Assembly (NCBI RefSeq): GCF_001194135.2
Contig: NC_068988.1
Span: 92,743,162-92,776,214 of the forward strand
Length of the DNA stretch: 33,053 bases
Source: Octopus bimaculoides
Lineage: Eukaryota
Direction of reading: 5' to 3'
Every line of letters starts with the position of its first letter. Within the stretch, counting starts at the first letter, position 1. The notes below the pieces were generated by a model, which saw only the letters and a program-made list of their open reading frames with translations, was not told where the DNA came from and searched no databases. The translations under genes and the position numbers were made by a program. Shown piece after piece: positions 1-11,202 of this stretch.

Positions 1-150
1 GATTTCTACATTATTCTAGAGTAATTCATTGATAAACTAAGTTTTTATTTTTCCATTTGGTGCATAGATGTAAAGATTTTCTTATCGTAAAATGAAAGTA
101 ACCATTACAACTACGAAGATTAAAACAAAATGAAAGCAATTATGTCATAT

Positions 151-156
151 CAAGAC

Positions 157-213
<57 letters not shown>

Positions 214-225
214 GAGATAGAGAGG

Positions 226-263
<38 letters not shown>

Positions 264-270
264 GAGAAAG
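151..270. repeat. (GA)n microsatellite, interrupted
   Basis: Direct reading of the sequence; it explains the ER-repeat ORFs at 130-350. Confidence 0.97.
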
Positions 271-393
271 CGTGTGTGTGAGAGCTTGATGGAGACAGAT
301 AGAGAGTGGGAGTTTTGTCGATCTAAAAGTTGAGTTATTTTTCGTACCAAATTAAATTTCTATAAGCACACACACATGTACGCACGCACGCAC

Positions 394-432
394 ATACATA
401 CATACATACATACATACATACATACATACATA
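394..432. repeat. (TACA)n microsatellite
   Basis: Direct reading. Confidence 0.95.
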
Positions 433-645
433 GTTTACTGTTCGTTATAAGGATGAACAAACAAAAGTACTTCATCCACCGAAAGTTGAATATCGTTTAA
501 TATACACAAGCCTTTCAAAGAAGACCAGGCATGTTGTGTATTCGAGCCTGAAGGATTGTTAGGAGACACAAGACATGATATACAAAGCTACTAAATTATC
601 GTGTTCCCACAGCATGAAACTATTCGTAGCTCATATTTTGATACT

Positions 646-647
<2 letters not shown>

Positions 648-709
<62 letters not shown>

Positions 710-719
710 NNNNNNNNNN

Positions 720-759
<40 letters not shown>
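648..759. repeat. (CA)n microsatellite containing a 10-N gap
   Basis: Direct reading. Confidence 0.97.
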
Positions 760-762
<3 letters not shown>

Positions 763-763
<1 letters not shown>

Positions 764-1060
764 TCTTTTAGTCTTTTACTTGTTTCAGTCATTTGACTGC
801 GGTCATGCTGGAGTATCACCCTAAAGGGTTTTAGTCGAAGAAATCGACTCCAGGACTTAGTCTTTGCAAATCAAGTACGTATTCTATCGGTTTCTTTGCC
901 GAACCGCAAAGTTACAGGGACATAAACACACCAGAATTGTCAAGAGACGGCGGTGGGGGACAAACACAGAGACACACACACACTTACCTAAGGTACCACG
1001 CAGTGAGATTCCCCATGCTGTTGAGAGTCAAACGTCTTACCACACAACCACGCCTGCACA
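763..1060 (-). mobile_element. tRNA-derived CORE-type SINE (family A), internally deleted
   Basis: Reverse complement reads GCAGGCGTGGTTGTGTGGTAAG (A-box-like) ... GGTACCTTAGGTAAGTGT (CORE-like), joined directly to (GT)n and then the tail. The tail aligns by eye with 32803-33030 and 6735-6933 and ends in TAAAAGA(G/C) repeats. Confidence 0.85.
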
Positions 1061-2097
1061 TATGCTCATACAAATATATCTAGGGTGAAGCTCTAGAACA
1101 CATATTGAGCACTCGTTTTCTTTTCTTTTTCGTGCAAGTCTTTAAGCAATAGCATTCATAAACATATTTCTCTGTCCCTCTCCCTCTCTCCCTCTTTCTC
1201 CTTTTTATGTGCCTGTGTGTGTGTGTGTGTGCGTGTGTGTGCGTGCGCGTGCGCGTGCGCATACGCATATTTGTTCATGTGTGCGTGTAACATGGAAAAT
1301 AGTTTAAAAATCGTTATTGTACATGCTGAAAGATTTGATAAGAGCTAATACAATCATAGGCCAGAATGGTAAATGGTATCCTAATCACAAATCAATAAAA
1401 GCTGAACGCTTCAGAGTGCACCAGAAACAAAACCAAACAAAACAAAGCAAAACAAAAACAAATGAAGAGCAATAAGAATACCAGGCAAAAACAACGACAA
1501 AAAAAAAAAATTCATTTTTAAAGAACAAACCCACAATATGGTTTATCGAAGAAAATGTTATTGATAAATTCTAATTCAATACTGTAAATTAACGTCGGAT
1601 ATATATAAATAATATAACATAATATAAAAATAATATATATATATATATTTATATATATANNNNNNNNNNNNNNNNNNNNNNNNNNNNNNNNNNNNNNNNN
1701 NNNNNNNNNNNNNNNNNNNNNNNNNNNNNNNNNNNNNNNNNNNNNNNNNNNNNNNNNNNNNNNNNNNNNNNNNNNNNNNNNNNNNNNNNNNNNNNNNNNG
1801 TGTGTGTGTATGTGTGCATGTATTCTCGAAGGTATTTTTCATCCAAAACAGAAAATATATTATAATAGTCGTACAGTTTGAAGAATGACGGATACATATG
1901 GTACATCAATCCTATATCTAGATATACTAGTGTAGTTACTTGAAGAGTTGAGATATACAATTCACGTTGTTTTTTCAGACATCCTGGCGTGTAGAGGCCC
2001 TGTTAAAAATGCAAATCATAACGAAATCAATGTTTTATATAATAATAATAAAAATAATGATAATAATAATAATGATGATAATAATAATAATAATGAT

Positions 2098-4189
2098 TAG
2101 TAAGAAATATGGTCGTCAAAGGAACAACCTCAGAAAAGATCTATCAAAATAACAAAGACAGCACTTGAACAACTTGAAACTCCTCAAATAACTGAAGAGC
2201 TCACTCAGGCACAGCAAAATCTAAGCAACTGGAAGGCACCCGGGCACGACAAGGTCTCCAACTTCTGGTATCTAACAGGAAAGCATAAAACGCTGACTGA
2301 GAAATTTAATGAAATACTAGCAGAGCCATCCCCATTAGAAGAGAAATATTCCAGGGAGACACACTCTCCACTCCTTTTCTGCTTGGTACTGACACCTTTA
2401 TCTGACATGCTAAACGGAACTGGATGCGGATATAAATGTTACGGCAAAACAATTAACCATCTCTTGTATATGGATGATCTAATACAGTATACTACAAAGG
2501 ATAAACAGCAGGAAACATTACTGCAAACAATACATGGATTTATCAAAGAAATAAACATGAAATTTAGCTTAGAAAAATGTGCCAAAGCAACATTGAAAAG
2601 AGGAAAACTAGTTACGAGTAACAACATCACATTAGATAAAGCAAATGAAATAAGAGAACTAGACCAAAGCCAGACATACAGATACTTAGGAATCAATGAA
2701 CTAGATACGATACAATACACGCAAATGAAAGAGATGATAAGAAAGGAATATTATAGACGAGTTAGATTGCTACTGAAAACAGAGCTCAATGCGAAAAGCA
2801 AGATAATGTCAACACTCTAGCTGTCCCAGTTATAAGTTACAGCCACAATATTTTTAACTGGACTCTAAATGAACTAATCAAAATAGACAGGAAAACAAGC
2901 AAAATAATGACAGGATGTAGGATGCACCACTCAAAATCTTACATAGAAAGGCTATAAATAAAACGTATCGAAGGTGGTAGTGATGTTATACAGTTAGAAA
3001 ATTATTACAGAATAACCACCATAGAACTACAGAAATACCTACTTCAGAAGCAAGAAAAACTAATACAAATAGCCCCAAAATACGAAAAAAAAAAAGAAAA
3101 AAAAACTATTTAAGGAACAGTTCTTTAAGGAAGCTGACAAATATAGAAAAGAACTCATAGTACCTAACATCTATGAAGAAAAAGAAGAAACAAAAACAGC
3201 TGTAAAACAACTGAAATCCAAGCTAAAACTGGAACAGCAACGTATCATGATAAAGCGATGGCAAGAAAAGCCCCTCCATTGCAAATACTGGGTTAAACTA
3301 AATAGAAAAGAAATAGGCAAAGCAAAAATCCCCCCAAAATGGCTGAGAAGTTCAGGACTCAAAGCAGAGACTGAAGGATTCTTAATTGCAGCACAAGATC
3401 AAAGCCTTCCCACCAGGAATTATCAAAAACATGTAATGAAAAGAAATACACGTAACTGCAGGATATGTGGAGATGGAGAAGAAACAATAAGTCATATTGT
3501 CTCTGGCTGCCCAGTCCTGGCTAAGAAGGAATATATTCACAGACACGACAGAGTTGGGACTTATCTACGCTGGAAGCTATGCCAACATTATGGAATAAGA
3601 ACAGAAAAAAGATGGTATAAACACACGCCAGAAAAGGTCGCAGTAAATGAGAAAGCAACCACACCCTGGGATGTGTCAATGTACACAGGTAGAGAAATTA
3701 AGGCCAATAGGCCGGATATAGTTGTCAGAGATCACCAAGGAAAAAAAGCTTTCTAATCTAAAAGAAACGGAGAAACTTTCAAAATACAAGGATCTGGAAA
3801 TAGAAGTAACTCGAATGTGGAGTCTAAAAACAGAAACAATTCCTATCATAGTGGGCGCATTAGGTATGATAAAAATAATTTTCAGACAGATATATAACAA
3901 AACTCCAGTATATATAACATACAGAAAATATATATAACATACATATATAATACATATAACATACAGAAAATATATATAACATGTATATAACATGTATATA
4001 ACAGTATATATAACATACAAGTATATATAACATATAGAAAATAGCACTATTAGGTACGCACAGATTCTACGCAAAACACTTTCAATACAGTAAAAGTAAG
4101 AGCATCACAACAAACCACAGAACATACCCAAGGCACACAGAGCTGTACTCGATAGTGCAGTGAAATCACGTGATAAAAATAAGACTACT
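2098..4189 (+). mobile_element. R4/Dong-like non-LTR retrotransposon (RT + CCHC + restriction-like endonuclease); 5'-truncated, internally deleted, frameshifted
   Basis: Motifs in order: NWKAPGHD (RT domain 0), (I)FQGDTLSPLLFCL, HLLYMDDL, KCA, YRYLGI, CRICGDGEETISHIVSGC, RHD, RPDIVV, EKLSKYKDL. 3' end ...ACTACT followed by (AAT)n; a degenerate (ATA)n tract lies upstream. Confidence 0.92.
3909..4041 (+). repeat. Degenerate minisatellite (~9 TATATAACATAC-like units) inside the endonuclease-coding end of the Dong-like copy
   Basis: The homologous segment in copy 2 (~9240-9260) has a single TATATATAACATACAGAAAA unit. Confidence 0.85.
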
Positions 4190-4212
4190 AAATAATAATA
4201 ATGATAATAGTA

Positions 4213-4275
<63 letters not shown>
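4190..4275. repeat. (AAT)n tract at the 3' junction of Dong-like copy 1
   Basis: Direct reading. Confidence 0.95.
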
Positions 4276-4276
<1 letters not shown>

Positions 4277-4461
4277 GAAGAAGAAAAACAAGAGGGGAAG
4301 AGGACTTATTGGATGCGAACACAGCATTAGAGCAGAAGAAAACAACGTAGCATGATATGTAAAAATCCTTTATATGTTAACCAAAATGAAGTAGATTGAC
4401 AAATTTATTTTTTGAACCAGTTGAAGATACACAAGATGTCGAAATATCGTTCACTAGATAA

Positions 4462-4488
4462 CAATGGCACTCTTCTTTTAATTTTGAC

Positions 4489-4522
<34 letters not shown>

Positions 4523-6530
4523 NNNNNNNNNNNNNNNNNNNNNNNNNNNNNNNNNNNNNNNNNNNNNNNNNNNNNNNNNNNNNNNNNNNNNNNNNNNNNN
4601 NNNNNNNNNNNNNNNNNNNNNNNNNNNNNNNNNNNNNNNNNNNNNNNNNNNNNNNNNNNNNNNNNNNNNNNNNNNNNNNNNNNNNNNNNNNNNNNNNNNN
4701 NNNNNNNNNNNNNNNNNNNNNNNNNNNNNNNNNNNNNNNNNNNNNNNNNNNNNNNNNNNNNNNNNNNNNNNNNNNNNNNNNNNNNNNNNNNNNNNNNNNN
4801 NNNNNNNNNNNNNNNNNNNNNNNNNNNNNNNNNNNNNNNNNNNNNNNNNNNNNNNNNNNNNNNNNNNNNNNNNNNNNNNNNNNNNNNNNNNNNNNNNNNN
4901 NNNNNNNNNNNNNNNNNNNNNNNNNNNNNNNNNNNNNNNNNNNNNNNNNNNNNNNNNNNNNNNNNNNNNNNNNNNNNNNNNNNNNNNNNNNNNNNNNNNN
5001 NNNNNNNNNNNNNNNNNNNATACATGTTTTACCTGTGAATTTGCGTGTGTAAACTGGGAATGCATACAACGAGTTTCTCTGCCCTAGGTGTACGGAAAAC
5101 ACTCGGCGAGAAATGGAAGAAAATTTGAAGAAAGGTGCAACAAATGCAATAGAAAGTTGCTTGAAACTTTCAGATGTCGAAAAATAATAGTGGTGATGAT
5201 GATGGTGACGAACGTTACCTTACATCAGTTTACAAGAGACAGGAGTTTCCGAAGAAACTCTGATGGTAACAGCGAAAATGAAGCTGAGCCATTAAGGGAA
5301 GGCCTCTCGTTCGGCAGTGGTTCAGTAAAGATGCAGACTGACCACAGCCGTTATCCTAATACAGCATGAGCAGATAATAGAGCAAGGAGGAGAAAGTGGA
5401 CCAGCGAAGAAAACAAGATAGTGATGCAGTGCTACTTAGAAAGTGAACCTAAAAGAAACTGAACAAGCTAGGAAACACAAGATACAAATCTTCCCTTGAA
5501 AAAAGATACTTAGTCAAAGAGAGACGATTTGGGACAATAATCGAAGAGTTAAAACAGCGTATCATAGTAGTAGCAGGCAAGCTATCCAAATATCAGAATA
5601 GAATAGATCAGTATCAACAGAATAAATTATTTGAGACAGACCAAAGGAGATTTTATAACCAAATAAATAGTGGAGAACGAAGTACTGAAGATGAGAAGCC
5701 TAGTGCAGAAGAAACTAGAAAGTTCTGGAGTAATATTTGGGATAATGGAGATGCTGTATGGTTAAAGAAAGTGAGGGACGAACTAATGAGTGAAAAGCAG
5801 TCAGAAGTAAGAGTAACTATTGCATTGATGAGTAAAATGTTAGGGAAAATGTCGAATTGGAAGGGCCCAGGACCAGATTTAGTTCAAGAGTACTGGCTAA
5901 AGAAATTTAGTAGTTTACATTGGACGCTGAGGAAACAACTTCAAGATTGCTTTAATGGAGGAATAATACCAGATTGGATGACTAGAGGGAGGACGATAAT
6001 CATCATGAAAGATAAGAGCAAAGGTAATACAGCTAGCAGCTATAGAAAAATCACTTGCTTACCATTAGTGTGGAAGCTGTTAACAGGAATGCTTTCAGAA
6101 AGCATTTAAGCGCACCTTGACAATCAGATTTTACTGCCAAAAGAACAGAAAGGTTACAAGAAGAAGACTAGGGGAACACATGATCTATTTATTATACATA
6201 GACAAAGCAGTTCTAAATGAAATAAAAGCTAGAAAGAAAAACCTAACAATAGCATGGATAGATTATAAGAAATCCTCTGACATAATCTCACACTCATGAA
6301 TAAGTGAATGTTTTGAAGTATATTCAGTATAGCAGACAACATAAGGGATTTAATTAGCAGTAGCATGAAAAAATGGAAAGTAGATCTCTACTCAGGTGAC
6401 ATACTGATAGAGAGAGTTAATATTAAAAGAGGAATTATCCAGGGAGTACTCGTTGTCCCCTTTAATATTTGTCTCATGTTTGATCTCCCTCAGTTTAGTA
6501 TTAGTCAAAATTAAAAGAAGAGTGCCATTG
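4462..6530. repeat. Perfect 32-bp inverted repeat pair (4462-4493 and 6499-6530)
   Basis: CAATGGCACTCTTCTTTTAATTTTGACTAATA is the exact reverse complement of TATTAGTCAAAATTAAAAGAAGAGTGCCATTG. Confidence 0.93.
5020..6510 (+). mobile_element. 5' half of a second R4/Dong-like lineage: leader, Myb-like N-terminus, RT domains 0-4; 3' part missing
   Basis: RRRKWTSEENKIVMQCYLESEPK (~5387-5455). An open frame 5459-6109 contains QNKLFETDQRRFY, FWSNIW, NWKGPGPD and YRKITCLPLVWKLL, followed by EQKG, AWIDYKKS.D and KRGIIQG-SLSPL with frameshifts. No YMDD is present. A (AAT)n tract and an N-gap lie upstream. Confidence 0.88.
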
Positions 6531-6734
6531 CGATATCTGTTTCGATACTTTGCGTTCTGATGAAAGCATCATTTGTGATCATACTGTTGCCAAACTGTAT
6601 TGGTTCAAGTCGGTGGCCTTTTTCTTAGAATAAATATTGGCATCGTGGAGAAGGTAAACTTTCGTGTATGGGTGACTACCAGTTTTCTTACAAAAAAAAA
6701 AAAAAAAAATTCTTGCCCAGTCCTGCGCATTACA

Positions 6735-6933
6735 CCACTTAATAACCGTTGATGATTGGCTTTCGTCCCCGTAACCTGGCGCTTCGGCAAAAGGGTCCGG
6801 TAGAATAAGTACCAGACTTTAAAAAAGAACAAAAATTAGGTACTGGAGCCGATTTGTTGAACCGAAAACGCTTCAAGGCGGTGCTCCAGCAGGGCCGCAA
6901 ATTCATTGATTGAAACAAGTAAAAGATAAAAGA
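6735..6933 (+). mobile_element. SINE family A 3' half, diverged
   Basis: GTCCCCGTAAC...TTCGGCAAAAG...TAGAATAAGTACC...AAGGCGGTGCTCCAGCA.GGCCGCA...TGAAACAAGTAAAAGATAAAAGA matches the reverse complement of 32803-33030. Confidence 0.85.
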
Positions 6934-7804
6934 TGCATGTGCAATTGAGTGGTAAATCTTGACCAATGGAGGCTCTAAAAGGATTATTTTGAAGTTGTCT
7001 CCTTGTTTGAATAACTCATAGGGCTTAAATTCATGCTTCACTTTAGATAAGACTCCTACATTAACACTGTTGCTAGACTGACAGCGTCTAAAATAATGGG
7101 AGCGATCTACCGTTACAAAAAAAAGTTGAAGTGTATCGGTATAGATCACCAAAAGAAAGTGGGTGGAGGTGGGGGGAGGAAAACTGCTCAGACATCTTGG
7201 TTAGTTCCTTCAAACATGCACTGACTACTCTTGACAGATACAGAACTGATTGTGTACTCTGTTGGTGATCAGCTCCTTTTATTTCTTCAACCGCTCTATC
7301 AGCGATGTAATGCACGTCAGGTCTTTTCCTACTGTTAATTCTATGGAAGGTTTTCAAACAAGTTTCATTTCCTAGTTCTGCTTTTTCAAGAACTCCTCAT
7401 CAGCATTCATTTGCTAAATTTAACGATTTTGTATACGTGATTCTTGGTTATCTCATGGACATGCAAGTTTCATGCTCAAAATTGTTTTCCTCCCACAAGA
7501 ATACTAGAATTATAGGATAAAATGTCCCTTGTTTTTACCTCCAGAAAATGTCTTTGATCTTTTAGATTCAGGGTTAACAAGTGCCTTGTCTAATGTTTGC
7601 GTTTTCCTTTGTTTTAATATTCTTTTTCTTTTTCTTTTACTATCTTATTCTATTTCGGTCTATTAACTCCTTTATTGTCATCTCGTTTATCGAATTTTAT
7701 TGCTGTCACTTCTTTTATAAGTTATTTTGTTGTTATATCACCATATTTCATTTAAATTTTTTGTCAATAATTTCGTTGCCATCTTTTATTTGCTCTCTTA
7801 AATA

Positions 7805-7807
<3 letters not shown>

Positions 7808-7882
<75 letters not shown>
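7808..7882. repeat. (GA)n microsatellite
   Basis: Direct reading. Confidence 0.97.
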
Positions 7883-7887
<5 letters not shown>

Positions 7888-7961
7888 AAGTAAGAGAGAT
7901 TGCTTTGTGACATTTATACCGCTCCTTCTTTCTCCTAACCCTTCGCCTAGAACTAACATAC

Positions 7962-8235
7962 AAGTCTTGGTAAGACGATTTCGAGTACAGAGAAAAATCA
8001 AACTTTATTCTGAATGCGACATCCTTGTAAGCACGTCGTCTCTCATAATCTTGGATTAACCAAGTCTTATCGGTGAAGTTGGATAGATGGGCACCGTGTG
8101 GAAGCTCGTTCGTTGAATTGCACGTGTTCTCAGGTAGTAAAATTAATTCGTCTCCTGGTTTCACATTAGCATCTGGCCCTTGGGCAACTTTAACAGAGTA
8201 CTCTTTCTTGCAAGCATTCTGAATGAGCTTCCGGT
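7962..8235 (-). CDS. Possible coding exon or coding remnant of unknown product
   Basis: About 115 stop-free codons of complex sequence (DRKLIQNACKKEYSVKVAQGPD...FRIKFDF). Candidate acceptors end at 8236 and 8219; candidate donor GTATGT at 7961. No family recognised. Confidence 0.3.
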
Positions 8236-8342
8236 CTGAAGATAACTTACGCATTTTCTTCAAAGAATTTCAGAAGCTCCGAAAAAATACAATGGATACT
8301 GAGTAAACCATTATATATAAAAAAACTCTCTTGTAAAACTGT

Positions 8343-8680
8343 GTTCTTAGATAAGGTATGATATATCGATTAGTTCTGGAAATATGCTGTTTCGTATCGA
8401 TTAGTTCTGGTAAGAGCCAAAAAGGTATCGATCACTTGTGGAAGTAGACTGGGTTGTATCAATCGGTTCTTATTATAGACTGTTATGTATCGATAAGTTC
8501 TGGTAACAGGTTGGAGTGAATCGATCAGTTGTAGTTATGGACAAGGATGTATGTATCGATTAGTTCTGGTAATAAGTTGTATTGTATCGGTCACTTATAG
8601 TAATCGGTTAAGATGTATCGATCTGTTCTGCTAATTGGCTAGGATGTATCGATCTGTTCTGGTAATAAGTATGATATATC
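8343..8680. repeat. 31-bp-period degenerate minisatellite with TATCGAT-N-AGTTCTGG core (10 units plus partial ends)
   Basis: Cores start at 8364, 8395, 8426, 8457, 8488, 8519, 8554, 8585, 8616 and 8647. Confidence 0.92.
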
Positions 8681-8889
8681 ACTCAGACCTACAAACGTTT
8701 CGTTTAGTCTCAATTTCAATGGCAATGTTGGCCACTTGTCTTTAGATTGCATATTTTAAGATATATCAATGTGTTTGTTTATCACATAAGATTTAAATCG
8801 ATTAAATGTTTGAGCTTCGTATACGGAGATTTCGAATTAACAGTTTAGCGAAGTCTTATTAAAGTCTGTTCATGTCACCCAACCAGGAC

Positions 8890-8959
<70 letters not shown>
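8890..8959. repeat. (AAT)n tract at the 5' junction of Dong-like copy 2
   Basis: Direct reading. Confidence 0.97.
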
Positions 8960-8962
<3 letters not shown>

Positions 8963-9410
8963 CCAATACACACAGATAGAGAAATTAAGGCAAATAGACC
9001 AGATATGGTTGTCAAAGATCATGAAGAAAAAAAATGCTTTCTAATTGATGTATCGATACCAGCAGATGACAACGTTTCCCTAAAAGAAATAGAAAAACTT
9101 TCAAAATACAAAGACCTAGAAATAGAGGTAACTCGAATGTGGAATCTAAAAACAGAAACAATTCCTATCATAGTAGGTGCCTTAGGTATAATAAAAAAAT
9201 ATTCAGACAAATACATAACAAAAACACCAGGACTTACAAATATATATAACATACAGAAAATTGCACTACTGGGCACTGCACACATCCTACGCAAAACACT
9301 TTCAATACAGTAACCATAAGAGCATCACAGCAAACCACAGCACATACCCAAGGCACATAGAGCTGCGCTCGGTAATGAAGTGAAAGCACGCGATAAAAAT
9401 AAAACTACTG
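8960..9410 (+). mobile_element. R4/Dong-like retrotransposon 3' fragment (endonuclease + 3' UTR), same family as 2098-4189
   Basis: RPDMVV...LIDVSIP...EKLSKYKDL...PIIVGALG...LGTAHILRK* (PD-(D/E)xK-type domain). The 3' UTR aligns with 4090-4189 and ends ACTACTG(AAT)n. Confidence 0.93.
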
Positions 9411-9467
9411 AATAATAATAATAATGAGATGATGATGATGATGATAATGATGATGATGATGATGATT

Positions 9468-9513
<46 letters not shown>
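9411..9513. repeat. (AAT)n grading into (GAT)n
   Basis: Direct reading. Confidence 0.95.
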
Positions 9514-9514
<1 letters not shown>

Positions 9515-10070
9515 AAATGCCCTGATGCAGTATCTGGCAGTAGTTCACGTGACTTCTGATCTTCACTGATTGGAAGTGTCATCATGTACATGTTTTGCCT
9601 TGGTGTAAAATGTCGGCTACAGTAAATATTCTGGTCAGTACCACAGATTCGCTTGTCGGTTATTTGACTATAACCAGTTGAGCATGTCCCTTGGTGGCTA
9701 GCATAATGTGCATCATTGATCACGAGCAGAACTAGTGGGGGAAGAATCATAGCCATGTGTTGAGAGGAATTCTTTGGGGTTTGAATAATTCAACTCTGTG
9801 AACACGTATTTCATTCCACATCTTTAAACAAGCCTTATTCAGGGACCTATCGAGCGGGATGGGCTACTCAACCCAAAGAAAATTCTTACGGGATCCCACC
9901 TGCAAGATCATGCGCTGTTTATCTTGATAACTGATCACCATGTCATGCACATATGGTTGTGATGCACGTGCCTGGTGTACCCTTATCAGACGGGTATTCA
10001 TGATGGGTATATTGGGCTTCGTATGTTTTACCCCAGTGTCACTTTGATGGCATGCACTGCTCTCTCACTC
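9514..10070 (+). mobile_element. Non-coding TAA-tailed interspersed element X, copy 1 (SINE-like or LINE 3' UTR)
   Basis: Colinear with 11203-11624 from CCCTGATGC to GCTCTCTCACTC, then (AAT)n. No coding motif or clear Pol III boxes seen. Confidence 0.8.
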
Positions 10071-10116
<46 letters not shown>

Positions 10117-10159
10117 GTAGTAGTAGTAGTAATAATAATAATAATGATAATAATAATTC

Positions 10160-11187
10160 ATTCTTTTATTGGCCACAAGGGCTAATATAAAGATATATAA
10201 AAGGACATGAAACAAATATAGACGACAACACAAGACGATACAACGGATTTTCAAATCGTGTACAGTAAGTAACATGAAAATTAAACCACAAAAGCCACGG
10301 GTGTCTGATCAACAGGGAGAGCCCTTCACGGGTGTACGCTCAGAATTGGTCCTTTCACACTGATCATTCTTCAAACATTCACCCACCTTTTAATAAACTT
10401 GCTACAAGGCAACACTTCCTTCTCCGCCCTCAACTTCCTTTTCAAGTGAAACTTGAAAAAGTTGATGAGGGCTTGGCCAAAGAGGAAAGTGTCTGACTTT
10501 AGCCCTTTCAAACGAGTCCACCATACTACCTCTTTCACTACAGCCACCAGACAAATAAAAATTGCCTGCCCCTCCCGGCCAAAGGAGGGCAGCGGGGCAA
10601 TCTTCACAATTGATTCAGCTGATAGCAGTCTCCGTCCTACACGCGACAGCAGGTGTTCGACATAAACTCACAGGTCAGCAGTGCTCGGGCACTGGACGAC
10701 TACGTGCAGAATGGTTTCGTCGCTCTGCGCACACCTTGAGCAGGNNNNNNNNNNNNNNNNNNNNNNNNNNNNNNNNNNNNNNNNNNNNNNNNNNNNNNNN
10801 NNNNNNNNNNNNNNNNNNNNNNNNNNNNNNNNNNNNNNNNNNNNNNNNNNNNNNNNNNNNNNNNNNNNNNNNNNNNNNNNNNNNNNNNNNNNNNNNNNNN
10901 NNNNNNNNNNNAGTCAAAGAGACGAGCTGTAAAGTGAGTCGGACAAATGGCGACCACACCTGCTCACCGTTAAGGAAACTCTTGAGATGCTGTAGCCTGA
11001 GCGCATGTCTGCACATCAGCAACCACAGCATGCCCAGTCCTCCATTCAGCGGCTGTTGACAGCAGATGGAGGGCCTGACCTATGGAACGCACCCCTTCCA
11101 CAGAAAGCGGAAGAGTAAGTGCACCAGCTTGGTCAACCAGCAAACGGTGCAAGGGACGACGGTCAAGCGGTAATAGATGACGGATTC
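10160..11187 (-). mobile_element. L1/Tx1-like non-LTR retrotransposon ORF2 C-terminal fragment, 5'-truncated, with an N-gap
   Basis: Minus strand gives LFRFLWKG...SICCQQPLNGGLGM, then CSRCAQSDETILHVVVQC (CCHC knuckle), then AVVKEVVWWTRLKGL...FFKFHLKRKLRAE. In-frame stops present; AATAAA near the 3' end (~10168-10173). Confidence 0.82.
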
Positions 11188-11202
11188 GAATAATGATATA
11201 TA

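Noticed and set aside
448-500. Hammerhead around the GGATGAA/TTCATCC hairpin
   Set aside because: No CUGANGA core adjacent to the stem and no stem I or III pairing.
2383-3756. Functional reverse transcriptase gene
   Set aside because: RT domains 1-3 are deleted, there are several stops and frameshifts, and an endonuclease catalytic residue is lost.
5060-5115. HDV-like ribozyme in the Dong-like leader
   Set aside because: P1 and P1.1 could not be formed by manual folding.
7951-7969. 19-nt plus-strand microexon (CCTAG|...|GTAAGA)
   Set aside because: It lies antisense within a longer open frame, and such short signals occur by chance.
8343-8680. CRISPR array (conserved repeat plus variable spacer)
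   Set aside because: The variable halves are only ~15 nt and are related to each other, no cas genes are present, and the context is eukaryotic. It is a degenerate minisatellite.
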